Positions 1 to 8,777 of a DNA stretch of 34,438 nt are shown one piece after another. The notes beneath the pieces are model-generated. The model saw only the letters and a program-made list of their open reading frames with translations, did no database searches and was not told the origin of the DNA. Made by a program: the position numbers and the translations under genes. Origin of the DNA: Planctomycetota bacterium (lineage in GTDB: Bacteria > Planctomycetota > GCA-002687715 > DRQF01); assembly GCA_027001995.1 (NCBI GenBank), contig JALTLO010000174.1, positions 1-34,438 of the forward strand. Reading direction: 5' to 3'. The stretch's first letter is position 1. Each line of letters opens with the position of its first letter.

Positions 1-15
1 ATCGGGGCTGCAATA

Positions 16-105
16 TGGCGGAGAGACAGGGATTCGAACCCTGGGTACCCTTTCGAGTACACACGCTTTCCAAGCGTGCTCGTTCGACCACTCCGACATC
101 TCTCC
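16..105 (-). tRNA. tRNA-Ser(GGA), CCA encoded
   Basis: Reverse complement folds as a class II tRNA: GGAGAGA/TCTCTCC acceptor stem, anticodon arm CACGC-TTGGAAA-GCGTG, long variable arm, GGTTCGAATCC T-arm, G discriminator and CCA. Confidence 0.97.
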
Positions 106-108
106 AAG

Positions 109-195
109 CGGAGGGACAGGGATTCGAACCCTGGGTACCCTTGCGAGTACACCGGTTTTCGAAACCGGCCCGTTCGACCACTCCGGCATCCCTCC
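109..195 (-). tRNA. tRNA-Ser(CGA), CCA not encoded
   Basis: GGAGGGA/TCCCTCC acceptor stem, anticodon arm CCGGT-TTCGAAA-ACCGG, long variable arm, T-arm; G discriminator followed by CTT. Confidence 0.97.
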
Positions 196-231
196 CTGTC
201 CGAGAGGTCGATCGCCTCGGACATGAGGCGG

Positions 232-260
232 ATTCTATGGCGCAGAAGAGGCCCCTTCAA
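232..260 (-). promoter_or_regulatory. sigma70-type promoter of the tRNA-Ser pair
   Basis: Minus strand TTGAAG (260-255), N17, TAGAAT (237-232), GC-rich discriminator, about 35 nt upstream of tRNA-Ser(CGA). Confidence 0.75.
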
Positions 261-375
261 TCCCGCAGAACCGAAAACCCAAGAGATCAGGCCCCAATTG
301 GGGGCTCACCATCAAATTTCGATTCAAAACCCGCCTTTAGACGGTGCAAAGGCCAAACTGAAATCTGAAATCTGC

Positions 376-867
376 CTAGGTTTCCCGCCTAGAACGGAAG
401 AAATCCTGAAGAATCCCTCCGCATTCTTCCTTCAGGATCGAGTGAACCACTTCAACATGGTGATTCAGACGATCGTGTTGGGCGATATTGAGAACGGAAC
501 CACAACCACCGGCCCGGCGGTCGTCAACACCAAACACAACCCTTTTCATCCGCGCATTGACCAAGGCCCCAGCGCACATCGGACAAGGTTCCAAGGTCAC
601 GTAGAGAGTAGCCCCAACCAGTCGCCAATTCTCTAATTCCGCCGCAGCTTGGGTGATGGCAATCATTTCCGCATGGGCCGTTGGGTCATTGAGAGTTTCC
701 CGTTGATTGTGGCCTCGCCCAATAATCTTGCCATTCTTGACTATAACGGCCCCCACAGGTACTTCACCTTCTTCCAAAGCGTAAGATGCCTCTTTCAAAG
801 CAATCCGCATGAAAGCATCATGGTTCACGATTGGTGAAAACTGGATCTCATCGTCGAAATCAGGCAT
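376..867 (-). CDS. tadA: tRNA adenosine(34) deaminase
   Basis: EVPVGAVIV, HNQRE, TAHAE and LEPCPMC motifs. Start trimmed from the 317-aa ORF to ATG 867; GTG 828 or ATG 810 are alternatives. Confidence 0.95.
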   Translation of the reverse strand: MPDFDDEIQFSPIVNHDAFMRIALKEASYALEEGEVPVGAVIVKNGKIIGRGHNQRETLNDPTAHAEMIAITQAAAELENWRLVGATLYVTLEPCPMCAGALVNARMKRVVFGVDDRRAGGCGSVLNIAQHDRLNHHVEVVHSILKEECGGILQDFFRSRRET

Positions 868-985
868 CTTGGTTTGTCCTATCCGCCCCGAAATCAGTTG
901 GGGTCGATGGTCATCGATCAGTAACTTAGTTTCGAACCTTTGGTCGAAGCCTATTGTGGCAGAAATTGTGTGTTGGAGAAAATCC

Positions 986-1195
986 ATGATCGGGCCAGAA
1001 AAAATCCTTTTGGGCATTCTTTCGACTCTCCTGGCAATCACCCTGGGGCTTCTCATTCTTGAAGTCGACATGGAGACCACAAGACGGGTCGCCATTGGCG
1101 TCTGCATCGCCCTCGTCATTCTTCTGGGGATCGGAGTCATCTTTCCTGTCCGTCGGTACTTAAAGCAGCAAAAAGCCCTCAAGGAAAGAGAATAG
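986..1195 (+). CDS. Small two-TM membrane protein (69 aa)
   Basis: GGAGA RBS before ATG 986, two hydrophobic helices, basic C-terminus; its TAG directly abuts the next ATG. Confidence 0.7.
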   Translation: MIGPEKILLGILSTLLAITLGLLILEVDMETTRRVAIGVCIALVILLGIGVIFPVRRYLKQQKALKERE

Positions 1196-3640
1196 ATGAC
1201 CGCACTACGGTCGCTACTTCTTTTCTTCTGCTTCCTCAGCACCACCTCTTTCAGCCAAGAGCAAGAAGTCGTTGCCCAGGACATCATCTTGGTGGGTGGG
1301 CGCTCCCCCTTCGCTGAAGCTGAGGGCATTCAAGCAGGCATTTTCCTCCGGCAAACGACGCAGATTTACCGCACGCAGGGTCTTTGCTTAGTTGATGGAA
1401 ACAACACCAAGATCCCAGCTCACTTCGAAGTTCTTTCCCGACGGGCTGGCCTCATCTCAGATACCAGCGCCCCCATCGACTGGATCGAAGTTTCCTTTCC
1501 CCTAAACACAAGTTCCAAATTCCCGTTCAAGATAATCCAGAGCAAAGCTCCTGAAGGCCATATTCAAGTCACCCAAGAAAAGGATGTGACAACTGTTCTT
1601 TGGAATGGTCACCAATTATCATTCGACCGATCAAAACCCGCTCTACTTCGCTCAATCAAGAAAGGCTCTGAGGATCTTTTGGCTGCACCAGCCTTAGAAC
1701 TTTTCTACACCAACGAAAAAGAAGTCGAAGGCCAAGTGAGCCCATGGCAGTTCAAAATCGAAAAATTGAGTTCCCTTCAATTTACCTTCTTGGTTAGCAC
1801 TCAAGTTGATGGCCTTATTTTTGAAATGCGACTCAGGTTTATCTCCGGGGCGGCGGAGATCGCTGTCGATTTTCGCTTGGTGAACCCCGGCCCCTATGGA
1901 CACATGGCCACAAAAGAATCCCACGTTTGGTTTGACCGACTGAGTCTTAGCTTGCCGCGCCTCGTGGGCTCTACGACCGTATCCACATCAAGAAACTCCT
2001 ACCCTGCCCAAGGATTCGCATTGCTCCAAGACCATAGAGCGCCCTACAAGAAAAACCAACCGGCTGAGTCTTCCCGCTTTCAGATCTGGGCAGACGGCGC
2101 GGCAAAGTCACAGGGAGTTCGTCACCATGGCTGCTTTGCCTTAGGCAACAGCAAGAGAAGTTTCTCCTACGGTTTCGTCGATTTCTGGGAAAACGCTCCC
2201 AAGGCTTGGAGCGTCCAAGAAAGCGTCGTTCTCTGCGACATTTTTCCGGCCGGTGGGAGCGGGCCCCACTTTCGTGGACGATACGGTTTGCCCAACAAAG
2301 GGGAGCTCGATCCAAAATCGAAGAACAATTATCGTTTCGAAGGAGCGAGAGCCAAGAGCCATCGGTTGTTCATGAACATCAGCGGCCAAAGTCCCCATGA
2401 AGCGGCCATGCGCACCCGGGCGATCACGAGAAAGCCCCTTCATGTAACAGTTAGACCTGAAGCCATGGCTGGACGAGATCTCCTGGGCTACTTGATAACC
2501 CCACGGTCCTATTCCAAGTCATCCGACGCTCAAAGATTCGACCGGTTTTCTCAGCTCATGGTGGATGACCAAGCGGCAGACAACCAACCTGGTTTAGGGA
2601 AAATTGGTTATCCAGAATTCATCGCCCGGGGTGGCACCTATGGGCGGAGCGTCTTTTACGGTTGGTTCAATTTTGGCGATATTCCTTGGGGTGACGGCTA
2701 TTGCTCCCTTCACTACGACCTGCCATTTTCGATGCTATTTCAGTTTCTTAGAAGCGGCGACCCGCGCTTTTTGACCTTGGGACAGTCAATGGCAAAGCAC
2801 AGGCGGGACATCGATCAAGATCATGACCGAGACTCCCCCATCAATCGTCGCGGAGGTCAGTTCTATGAGAAAGGTTGGTGGCATGGAAACTACTACCACC
2901 CCATTGAATCTCACACTTGGGTCAAAGGTCCTTTGCTCCATTATCTCATTACCGGCGATCTTTGGTCCTTGGAAGCGGCTTTGCTCAACCGCGATTTCAT
3001 TCGGCGAAATCATCCCGACAAATGGAATGGCAATTGGGGAACTCGTATCCCCGGATGGAACATTGACAACTTAGTAGCCCTCTTTGAAGTCTTGGGACAC
3101 CAAGAAGATCTGAAGATGGCCAAAGGAACTATTGCTCGTTGGCAAACTCTCGAAACAAAGCGACATGGGAAGATGGGTTATTTGGATAACATTCAGATGA
3201 AACCCGTGTCCTGGAAACCATGGATGCACAACATTTTCTTCAATGCCGTTGCCATGTATCGCTTGAAGTCAAATGACAAGCAATTCGACCCTCTCTTGGA
3301 CCGTATGGCGAAACGATTCAGAACTGCCGTGCTCAAAAAGTCCCCTGGGGGCCCATGGATGGCGGCTAGAAACATGGTGCAAGGACGAAGAGACCGCCCC
3401 AGTGTTCAACTACTTTGGCCCATGGCGGCGAGCTTTTCCCTATTAGGGAGGATCCATAAGCGTCCGGCTGACATTCAGCTGGCCCGAAGCCTATTTCACG
3501 ATGCTCTTGTTTTCTTTCAAGGAAAACAGGGTTCACCCCTGGCCTTCCGCATCATGCAATTTCCCAATTCTGAATCAAAAATTCATAGTGGAATTCAACT
3601 GTGGGGCCTTCATGCTCTTCCACATTCACTCGATCCATAG
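1196..3640 (+). CDS. Secreted YetA/PcRGLX-like (PL26 exo-rhamnogalacturonan lyase-like) protein
   Basis: Signal peptide, beta-rich N-terminal half, DFWENAPK, and a C-terminal helical-toroid pattern GWFNFGD...YD...QFLRSGD...H..DID..H typical of this family. Substrate unknown. Confidence 0.65.
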   Translation: MTALRSLLLFFCFLSTTSFSQEQEVVAQDIILVGGRSPFAEAEGIQAGIFLRQTTQIYRTQGLCLVDGNNTKIPAHFEVLSRRAGLISDTSAPIDWIEVSFPLNTSSKFPFKIIQSKAPEGHIQVTQEKDVTTVLWNGHQLSFDRSKPALLRSIKKGSEDLLAAPALELFYTNEKEVEGQVSPWQFKIEKLSSLQFTFLVSTQVDGLIFEMRLRFISGAAEIAVDFRLVNPGPYGHMATKESHVWFDRLSLSLPRLVGSTTVSTSRNSYPAQGFALLQDHRAPYKKNQPAESSRFQIWADGAAKSQGVRHHGCFALGNSKRSFSYGFVDFWENAPKAWSVQESVVLCDIFPAGGSGPHFRGRYGLPNKGELDPKSKNNYRFEGARAKSHRLFMNISGQSPHEAAMRTRAITRKPLHVTVRPEAMAGRDLLGYLITPRSYSKSSDAQRFDRFSQLMVDDQAADNQPGLGKIGYPEFIARGGTYGRSVFYGWFNFGDIPWGDGYCSLHYDLPFSMLFQFLRSGDPRFLTLGQSMAKHRRDIDQDHDRDSPINRRGGQFYEKGWWHGNYYHPIESHTWVKGPLLHYLITGDLWSLEAALLNRDFIRRNHPDKWNGNWGTRIPGWNIDNLVALFEVLGHQEDLKMAKGTIARWQTLETKRHGKMGYLDNIQMKPVSWKPWMHNIFFNAVAMYRLKSNDKQFDPLLDRMAKRFRTAVLKKSPGGPWMAARNMVQGRRDRPSVQLLWPMAASFSLLGRIHKRPADIQLARSLFHDALVFFQGKQGSPLAFRIMQFPNSESKIHSGIQLWGLHALPHSLDP

Positions 3641-3723
3641 CACTTAAGTTTCTTTTCAATAAATAATTACGGCGTTCTTCTTAGCTGGAAAACAGGGTGA
3701 CTTTCTATCAGCACCTCAGGGCG

Positions 3724-3767
3724 GCACTGGACTTGACAGTGCCGCGCAGCACTGTAAAGTGCAGTGC
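3724..3767 (+). promoter_or_regulatory. Promoter TTGACA-N16-TAAAGT overlapped by two GCACTG-N7-CAGTGC palindromes (putative operators)
   Basis: Palindromes at 3724-3742 and 3749-3767; TTGACA 3733-3738; TAAAGT 3755-3760. Confidence 0.6.
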
Positions 3768-3840
3768 GTTGTCGATCCCGGTTCTCGGCCTTGAATTTGA
3801 GAGGAAATAGTCCCCCCAGCGGGGTCCTGTGTGATAATCC

Positions 3841-4404
3841 ATGCCAAACCACAATACGCGCCAAGAACTTCACGAACTCAAGAACCCCGCAGCAAGACCT
3901 GGAGTCGACTACGCCCACCTCAACTTGAAAGGCTGGAATTTTCGTGGCGCTGACCTCCAAGGAGCAAACCTCAGCTTCACCAACTTGCAAGACGCAGATC
4001 TCAGAGGATGTGATCTTTTTGGTGCCCAACTCTTAGGGACCAACTTGCGTGGCTGTCGTCTGGAGATGACCCGCCTTGTTGAGATTTGGATTCCCAAGGA
4101 GTTACCTCTTTCCATCAGCAATCAGATTCGCGCTTATGATTTCGGTCAAGTCATGACTCGATTTGTCGGACCCAATCGCGACTCTGAATACTTGAGTTGC
4201 CCCTATCAAGACGCCAAGATCCGACCTCTTCTTTATGAATGGGGGTCCCGCACATGGAACCACGGCGCCCAATGGTCCCACCCAGAAACACTTTGGACTT
4301 TGGAAGAGATCATTGCGGCTGTCTTAGATCATCTTGGCTGCCACCACGACCTTCGCCGAGCGTTCATGAAGCATCCTCAAAGCGCGCCAATAGTTTCTTG
4401 GTAA
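3841..4404 (+). CDS. Pentapeptide-repeat protein with a C-terminal domain of unknown function
   Basis: About 10 A(D/N)LXX-type repeats (RGADL QGANL SFTNL QDADL RGCDL FGAQL LGTNL RGCRL), then a Trp/Cys/His-containing domain. Confidence 0.85.
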   Translation: MPNHNTRQELHELKNPAARPGVDYAHLNLKGWNFRGADLQGANLSFTNLQDADLRGCDLFGAQLLGTNLRGCRLEMTRLVEIWIPKELPLSISNQIRAYDFGQVMTRFVGPNRDSEYLSCPYQDAKIRPLLYEWGSRTWNHGAQWSHPETLWTLEEIIAAVLDHLGCHHDLRRAFMKHPQSAPIVSW

Positions 4405-5431
4405 TTGTTGAAGTTGGTGCGTCTTTCAGTTCATCACGACTCACCCACTCCATCCCCTCCAGATCTTCTAGGTCAGATTCACATTGGTAGAGTGAGCAAG
4501 TCAATCGATGCTTGGTGATTGTATGTTTGCAGGACAACAAAGCCCTTCCCACTTGCACCTCAACCCCCCATTTTTCTCCAATAAGGTTCCTGAGTGCCTG
4601 CTTCGCATCTCCTTCTTTTTCCAGCCAAACCTCGGGAAGTTCACGAAAGTTCGGCATTCGCTTGGCATCGAAGGGACGGCGACACATGAGAAAAGAAGTG
4701 CCACGACGAACAAGGAGAACAGCGACCTCTACGTCCACCATTTTTGTTTTCGGAGGTCGTTGTGGAAAAAACGAAACTCGATCCGTGTGATACGCCCGGC
4801 ACCAAGGCACCAGGGGACAGGCATCACACTTGGGGTTCGCCGGAAGACAAATCGTGGCACCGAGATCGAAAAGCGCTTGGTTGAATTCAGAGGGGCTCAT
4901 CTTGCCCATCATCAATAAAACCAGGGTGCCAATCTGCCTTTTCGCCGCAGGTGTTTCGTGGATCCCTGAGATCGCCAACAAACGTGTCATCACCCGCACG
5001 ACATTGCCATCAACCGCAGCCTCAGGGTGATTGAGGGCAATGCTCGCAATAGCACCTGCTGTGTAATCCCCGATCCCTGGCAGGGCTTTCCAACCATCGA
5101 AGTCGTTAGGGAGTTCACCGCCCAAGTCACGCACCACGACCTCGGCTCCTCGCTTCATGGCACGAAAGCGACGGTAGTAACCAAGCCCCTGCAGGGCGGT
5201 TAGGACTTCCTCTTCGGAAGCGGCAGCCAAGGCCTCCACATTGGGGAATTGCTCTAAGAATGGCAAGAAACGTCCAAGAACGGCGGCAACAGTCGTCTGC
5301 TGGAGAAGAATCTCGGAAACCCAGATGGCGTAGGGGTCCCGCAAAGAACGCCATGGCAGGGTTCTTTTGTTCTTTACGTACCACTTAAGGAGATTCTTGC
5401 CACTGGCTTCGAAAGGAAATTCCTCGGCCAA
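4364..5431 (-). CDS. mutY: A/G-specific adenine glycosylase
   Basis: LPWR..DPYAIWVSEILLQQT, GLGYY, HhH LPGIGDYTA, VDGNVVRV, [4Fe-4S] C-x6-C-x2-C-x5-C, and a NUDIX-like C-terminus with HTITKH. Start inferred as TTG 5431. Confidence 0.95.
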   Translation of the reverse strand: MAEEFPFEASGKNLLKWYVKNKRTLPWRSLRDPYAIWVSEILLQQTTVAAVLGRFLPFLEQFPNVEALAAASEEEVLTALQGLGYYRRFRAMKRGAEVVVRDLGGELPNDFDGWKALPGIGDYTAGAIASIALNHPEAAVDGNVVRVMTRLLAISGIHETPAAKRQIGTLVLLMMGKMSPSEFNQALFDLGATICLPANPKCDACPLVPWCRAYHTDRVSFFPQRPPKTKMVDVEVAVLLVRRGTSFLMCRRPFDAKRMPNFRELPEVWLEKEGDAKQALRNLIGEKWGVEVQVGRALLSCKHTITKHRLTCSLYQCESDLEDLEGMEWVSRDELKDAPTSTITKKLLARFEDAS

Positions 5432-5447
5432 TTCTGGTAACCCTGAG

Positions 5448-5930
5448 CTATTCTTCTTCAACGGTAACCGACGGCGCCAAGCGCACGATATTAGCTGTCT
5501 CGGGATAGAAGAGTGTGGTCTCAGGATCAAGGTAACCTGAGATGTAGGTGCGCTCTGGTGGCGTGGCGCCATCCTTCTGAAATTTGATGCTGCGATCTTC
5601 AAGAATTAACCACACACGGTCGCAGCGGGGTTTCACAGGGGGCGTTTGTAGTTGTCCCTTGACATCCGTCAGAGCGACGAACTTCCAGCCCACCAAGATT
5701 CCTTCGATATACATGTCGTCCTCAAGTGGCGGAGTAGAGGACACTTCAATCTGGAGGGTTTTGGGGTTCAGCCAACCGGCTGTAGTCTGAGCTTCAGGAT
5801 GAGTTTCAAGAAGAGAGATTTCTTGGTCGCCAAAGCCTCGTTTAGAATCGCTGTCTCCTGATGATTGACAAGCTCCCAAGAGGGCCATAGCAAGGGCAAC
5901 ATAAGTCATGTGCTTCCAGAACTTGATCAT
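5448..5930 (-). CDS. Hypothetical lipoprotein
   Basis: Purine-rich RBS; MIKFWKH..VALAMALLGA-C lipobox followed by a Ser/Gly/Asp linker. Confidence 0.75.
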   Translation of the reverse strand: MIKFWKHMTYVALAMALLGACQSSGDSDSKRGFGDQEISLLETHPEAQTTAGWLNPKTLQIEVSSTPPLEDDMYIEGILVGWKFVALTDVKGQLQTPPVKPRCDRVWLILEDRSIKFQKDGATPPERTYISGYLDPETTLFYPETANIVRLAPSVTVEEE

Positions 5931-6023
5931 CTCTTTCCCCAAAATGCTGCAAAACCAAATGTTGAGATCAAATAAATACTCTGTCAAACAGCCTAACCAG
6001 TCCAGGGACAAATCCCAGAGGGT

Positions 6024-7583
6024 CTATTCGTCCACCCCGTGGGGCAAAGAAAGGGTCATCAAGGCGCCGCCAGAAGGGCTTTCACCCACAGAGATTCGTC
6101 CTTGGTGTAGTTTTGCCAAGGCCTGAGTGATTGTCAGACCGAGACCAGACCCGGCAGAATGGAGATCCGACCCTCGGGACCGACGATGGAATCTTTCGAA
6201 AACAAGTGCCCGTTCGTCTGCTGGAATTCCTGGCCCTTCGTCTGAGACGACGAAGTGCATCTCTCGTCCCAAGGGGCGAATGATCACCCGAACAACACTG
6301 TCCGTTGGGGAGAATTTCACCGCGTTATCCAAGAGATTGACCAACATTTGTTGGACCAACTCCAAATCCACATGACAAGAGGGGTCGTCGTCAGGACAAA
6401 TCAAGTCGAAACGAATTCCTTTGCGCTTGGCCCCCATGGATACGGTGTCAAGAGCTTGTTCAACCAAGGAACGAGCAGTGCAAGTGGCAAGCATCATGGT
6501 GACGCGGCGCGCCTCAACACGAGAAAGGTCAAGGACGTTTTCGACGAGCTTGATCATGCGTCGGTTATTGCGCTGGATTAGGTCAATGAGTTGGCGATCT
6601 TCTGGATCATATTTACCGTAATCTTCTTGCAAGACATCGAGGGCTCCGGCCATCGCTGCCAAAGGGCTCTTTAGTTCGTGGGCAGCAACCCCCAGCATCT
6701 GATCTTTCGTGTGCCCTTCCCGCTCAAGACGAAGATTCGTGTCACGAAATGCTTTGTTTATCGTACGAAGCATGGCATTGACACGCTGAAGCTCTTGCTG
6801 CTTACTGATGATTTCAGAATCAAGTTCCCGGCGTTTCGCCAGGCGATTCCGATCCTCTAAAATACCTGACAACGCCCGAGCAAAGTAATTCTTGCCCTTC
6901 GTTGGGTCTATCCAAGTGACACCGATAGCTTCTTCGCCAACTGCCGTCCCTTGGGCCCGCGCCAAGAATCCAAGGAAATCTGCACCCTCACAGCTTGGCC
7001 GCACTTGTCCATATACTTGATGATAGGCCAAAGATCCGGCAGTTTCGCAAACAACAACGCAGTCAAAGGTCAATTGTCGGCAACGGCGCTGTGCTTGAGC
7101 CTGATCTTGGCAAAAAACACAGACCACCGAAGATGTAGACACCGATTCGCGGACAAACTCGACAAGGCAGGCATCGTCACCCACCACCAAAACCAATGGA
7201 ATTGAGGCGAGAAGGAGTTCCTCCGCAGGATATTCGAACTTCGAACGTGCCAAAGCACTTTGCAAATCCCCCGCCGAAGTTGGTTGGCAAAGAACCTGTT
7301 CAATTCCGTAAGCATGAGCAGCCTTTTCTAGTTGCTCATCGGCAGCAGGAAGTATAGCAATAGTCGGTGATGAATGACCTTGACACCAATAGCTGAACCC
7401 TTGGAGTTCATCACTCAGAAGTTGCTTTTCTTCCGAGAAATTCCAAATGAAGACATCTTGCTTGGTTAGATGGAGTGCCTGATCATCCGCGACGTTGGCA
7501 GCAACAACGCTGTGCCCCGCCGCTTCAAGAATCGATTGATAAGGAGCCGAGTCACCTTGGCTATTAAGTAGACAGATTCTCAC
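6024..7583 (-). CDS. Cytoplasmic sensor histidine kinase with two degenerate N-terminal receiver-like domains
   Basis: H-box AAHELKSPL, N-box NLLDNAVKF, G1 DEGPG, F-box FERF, G2 GSGLGL; coiled coil before HisKA; no TM helix. Confidence 0.9.
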   Translation of the reverse strand: MRICLLNSQGDSAPYQSILEAAGHSVVAANVADDQALHLTKQDVFIWNFSEEKQLLSDELQGFSYWCQGHSSPTIAILPAADEQLEKAAHAYGIEQVLCQPTSAGDLQSALARSKFEYPAEELLLASIPLVLVVGDDACLVEFVRESVSTSSVVCVFCQDQAQAQRRCRQLTFDCVVVCETAGSLAYHQVYGQVRPSCEGADFLGFLARAQGTAVGEEAIGVTWIDPTKGKNYFARALSGILEDRNRLAKRRELDSEIISKQQELQRVNAMLRTINKAFRDTNLRLEREGHTKDQMLGVAAHELKSPLAAMAGALDVLQEDYGKYDPEDRQLIDLIQRNNRRMIKLVENVLDLSRVEARRVTMMLATCTARSLVEQALDTVSMGAKRKGIRFDLICPDDDPSCHVDLELVQQMLVNLLDNAVKFSPTDSVVRVIIRPLGREMHFVVSDEGPGIPADERALVFERFHRRSRGSDLHSAGSGLGLTITQALAKLHQGRISVGESPSGGALMTLSLPHGVDE

Positions 7584-7616
7584 GATCGACGAGTCCTGTC
7601 CAAAAATGCTCTTACA

Positions 7617-8012
7617 TCAAGAGCTACCGGCCAATACGTGGGCCTGTGCCTGTTGCTGCACAACTCTCGCGAAACACCCCACATCAAGGGGAAATGCAAA
7701 CTGCTTGTCGACATCCACCACTGTTGAATAGCTTTTATGTTTGTCACTCTCTCTCGCCCATCCCACAATTCGCGGACGCCGTGCAATTGGAATCGATTCC
7801 AGTCGCGTCATCGCTTCGGCAACAATCTCTTGTTTCATGCCGAAATCGAGGACGACAACATCTGCCTGATAGCTGCCCCGCTCTACTTTCCCTAACCACT
7901 CTAAACGATCTGACGCCACAGCTCGCATTTCATTGCAGTTGACCACATCGCTCATCAAACGACGATGAAAATCATTTTCTGCCAAAATAAGGACTTGAGG
8001 TCGCTTCATCAT
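7617..8012 (-). CDS. Single-domain atypical receiver (response-regulator-like) protein
   Basis: AGGAGG RBS; receiver pattern VLILAEND...DVVVLD...PRIVGWA...FAFP. Confidence 0.7.
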   Translation of the reverse strand: MMKRPQVLILAENDFHRRLMSDVVNCNEMRAVASDRLEWLGKVERGSYQADVVVLDFGMKQEIVAEAMTRLESIPIARRPRIVGWARESDKHKSYSTVVDVDKQFAFPLDVGCFARVVQQQAQAHVLAGSS

Positions 8013-8047
8013 AAAGCCTCCTAATGCTTAGCCCCGCCGGAAGCCTC

Positions 8048-8076
8048 ATTGTCGTTCGGAAGATGATCGAGGTCAA
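8048..8076 (-). promoter_or_regulatory. sigma70-like promoter for the receiver/kinase operon
   Basis: Minus strand TTGACC (8076-8071), N17, GACAAT (8053-8048). Confidence 0.5.
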
Positions 8077-8125
8077 GGGAAACGTAGGGGCATCTCAGAA
8101 AGCAGCTCTACAACGCTAAGTCTTA

Positions 8126-8641
8126 TTATATTTGTGACTTATGGTGCAAAGTGTGAATCAGAACTAGACGAACCCAATGAAAAAAACTCATGGCTCCGAA
8201 ACGAGGATGTTGCACCAAAAACGTTTTATGGCGGCCAATGAGGATGGCCTCAATCCTTAAGAGGTGGTCTTTGGCCTCTTCTAAGCGAGAACAGATTTCA
8301 TCACCTGTGAGCATGATTCCCGGCACCAGCCCTTGCAGCGCCTGAAGCTGAGATGGGTAGCGAAACGTCGTCAGAATCATCTTTTGGTTGAGAATTTGAG
8401 TAAACGACGGCGGAGTAGGAGGTTCCCTATTCTCATCCAAAGCCTCTTCAAATCGCTGATGGCAGTCTTCCAACACCAAAACGATGTGAAGAGCAACTTC
8501 TGCCAAGCTCCAGCGCCCCCCACCTCCCGGCCGATGTAGTTCTGGAAGATCCCGATTCAGAAGTTTTCTGACTTCAGCCACAATGCGGACCAAATCCTCA
8601 AGAATGGCGCGCCGAAGGGCTTTGTCTCTGTCTTTTGTCAC
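8126..8641 (-). CDS. DinB/YfiT-like (DinB_2) four-helix metalloprotein
   Basis: RWSLAEVALH, HPRFG and HTLHHKSQI; the His triad is present. This is not DNA polymerase IV. Confidence 0.85.
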   Translation of the reverse strand: MTKDRDKALRRAILEDLVRIVAEVRKLLNRDLPELHRPGGGGRWSLAEVALHIVLVLEDCHQRFEEALDENREPPTPPSFTQILNQKMILTTFRYPSQLQALQGLVPGIMLTGDEICSRLEEAKDHLLRIEAILIGRHKTFLVQHPRFGAMSFFHWVRLVLIHTLHHKSQI

Positions 8642-8777
8642 AGGTCTACTCGATTGCTAAGTGTGGAATCAACGCCCTATTCTGCTATCGTCGTCAGTCT
8701 CCACAACCCCGCCGACGGACATCGTGGGTTTTTTCACTACCGTTGCCATACAATTCGAAGAAGTATCACAGCCGATC

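Noticed and set aside
15..368. 117-aa ORF with an internal repeat
   Set aside because: It is the antisense translation of the two tRNA-Ser genes.
868..1329. N-terminal extension of the tadA ORF
   Set aside because: Antisense to the small membrane gene and the start of the large secreted gene; deaminase similarity begins only after about 830.
3724..3767. CIRCE/HrcA operator
   Set aside because: Spacer is 2 nt too short, TTA/TAA flanks are absent, and no chaperone gene lies downstream.
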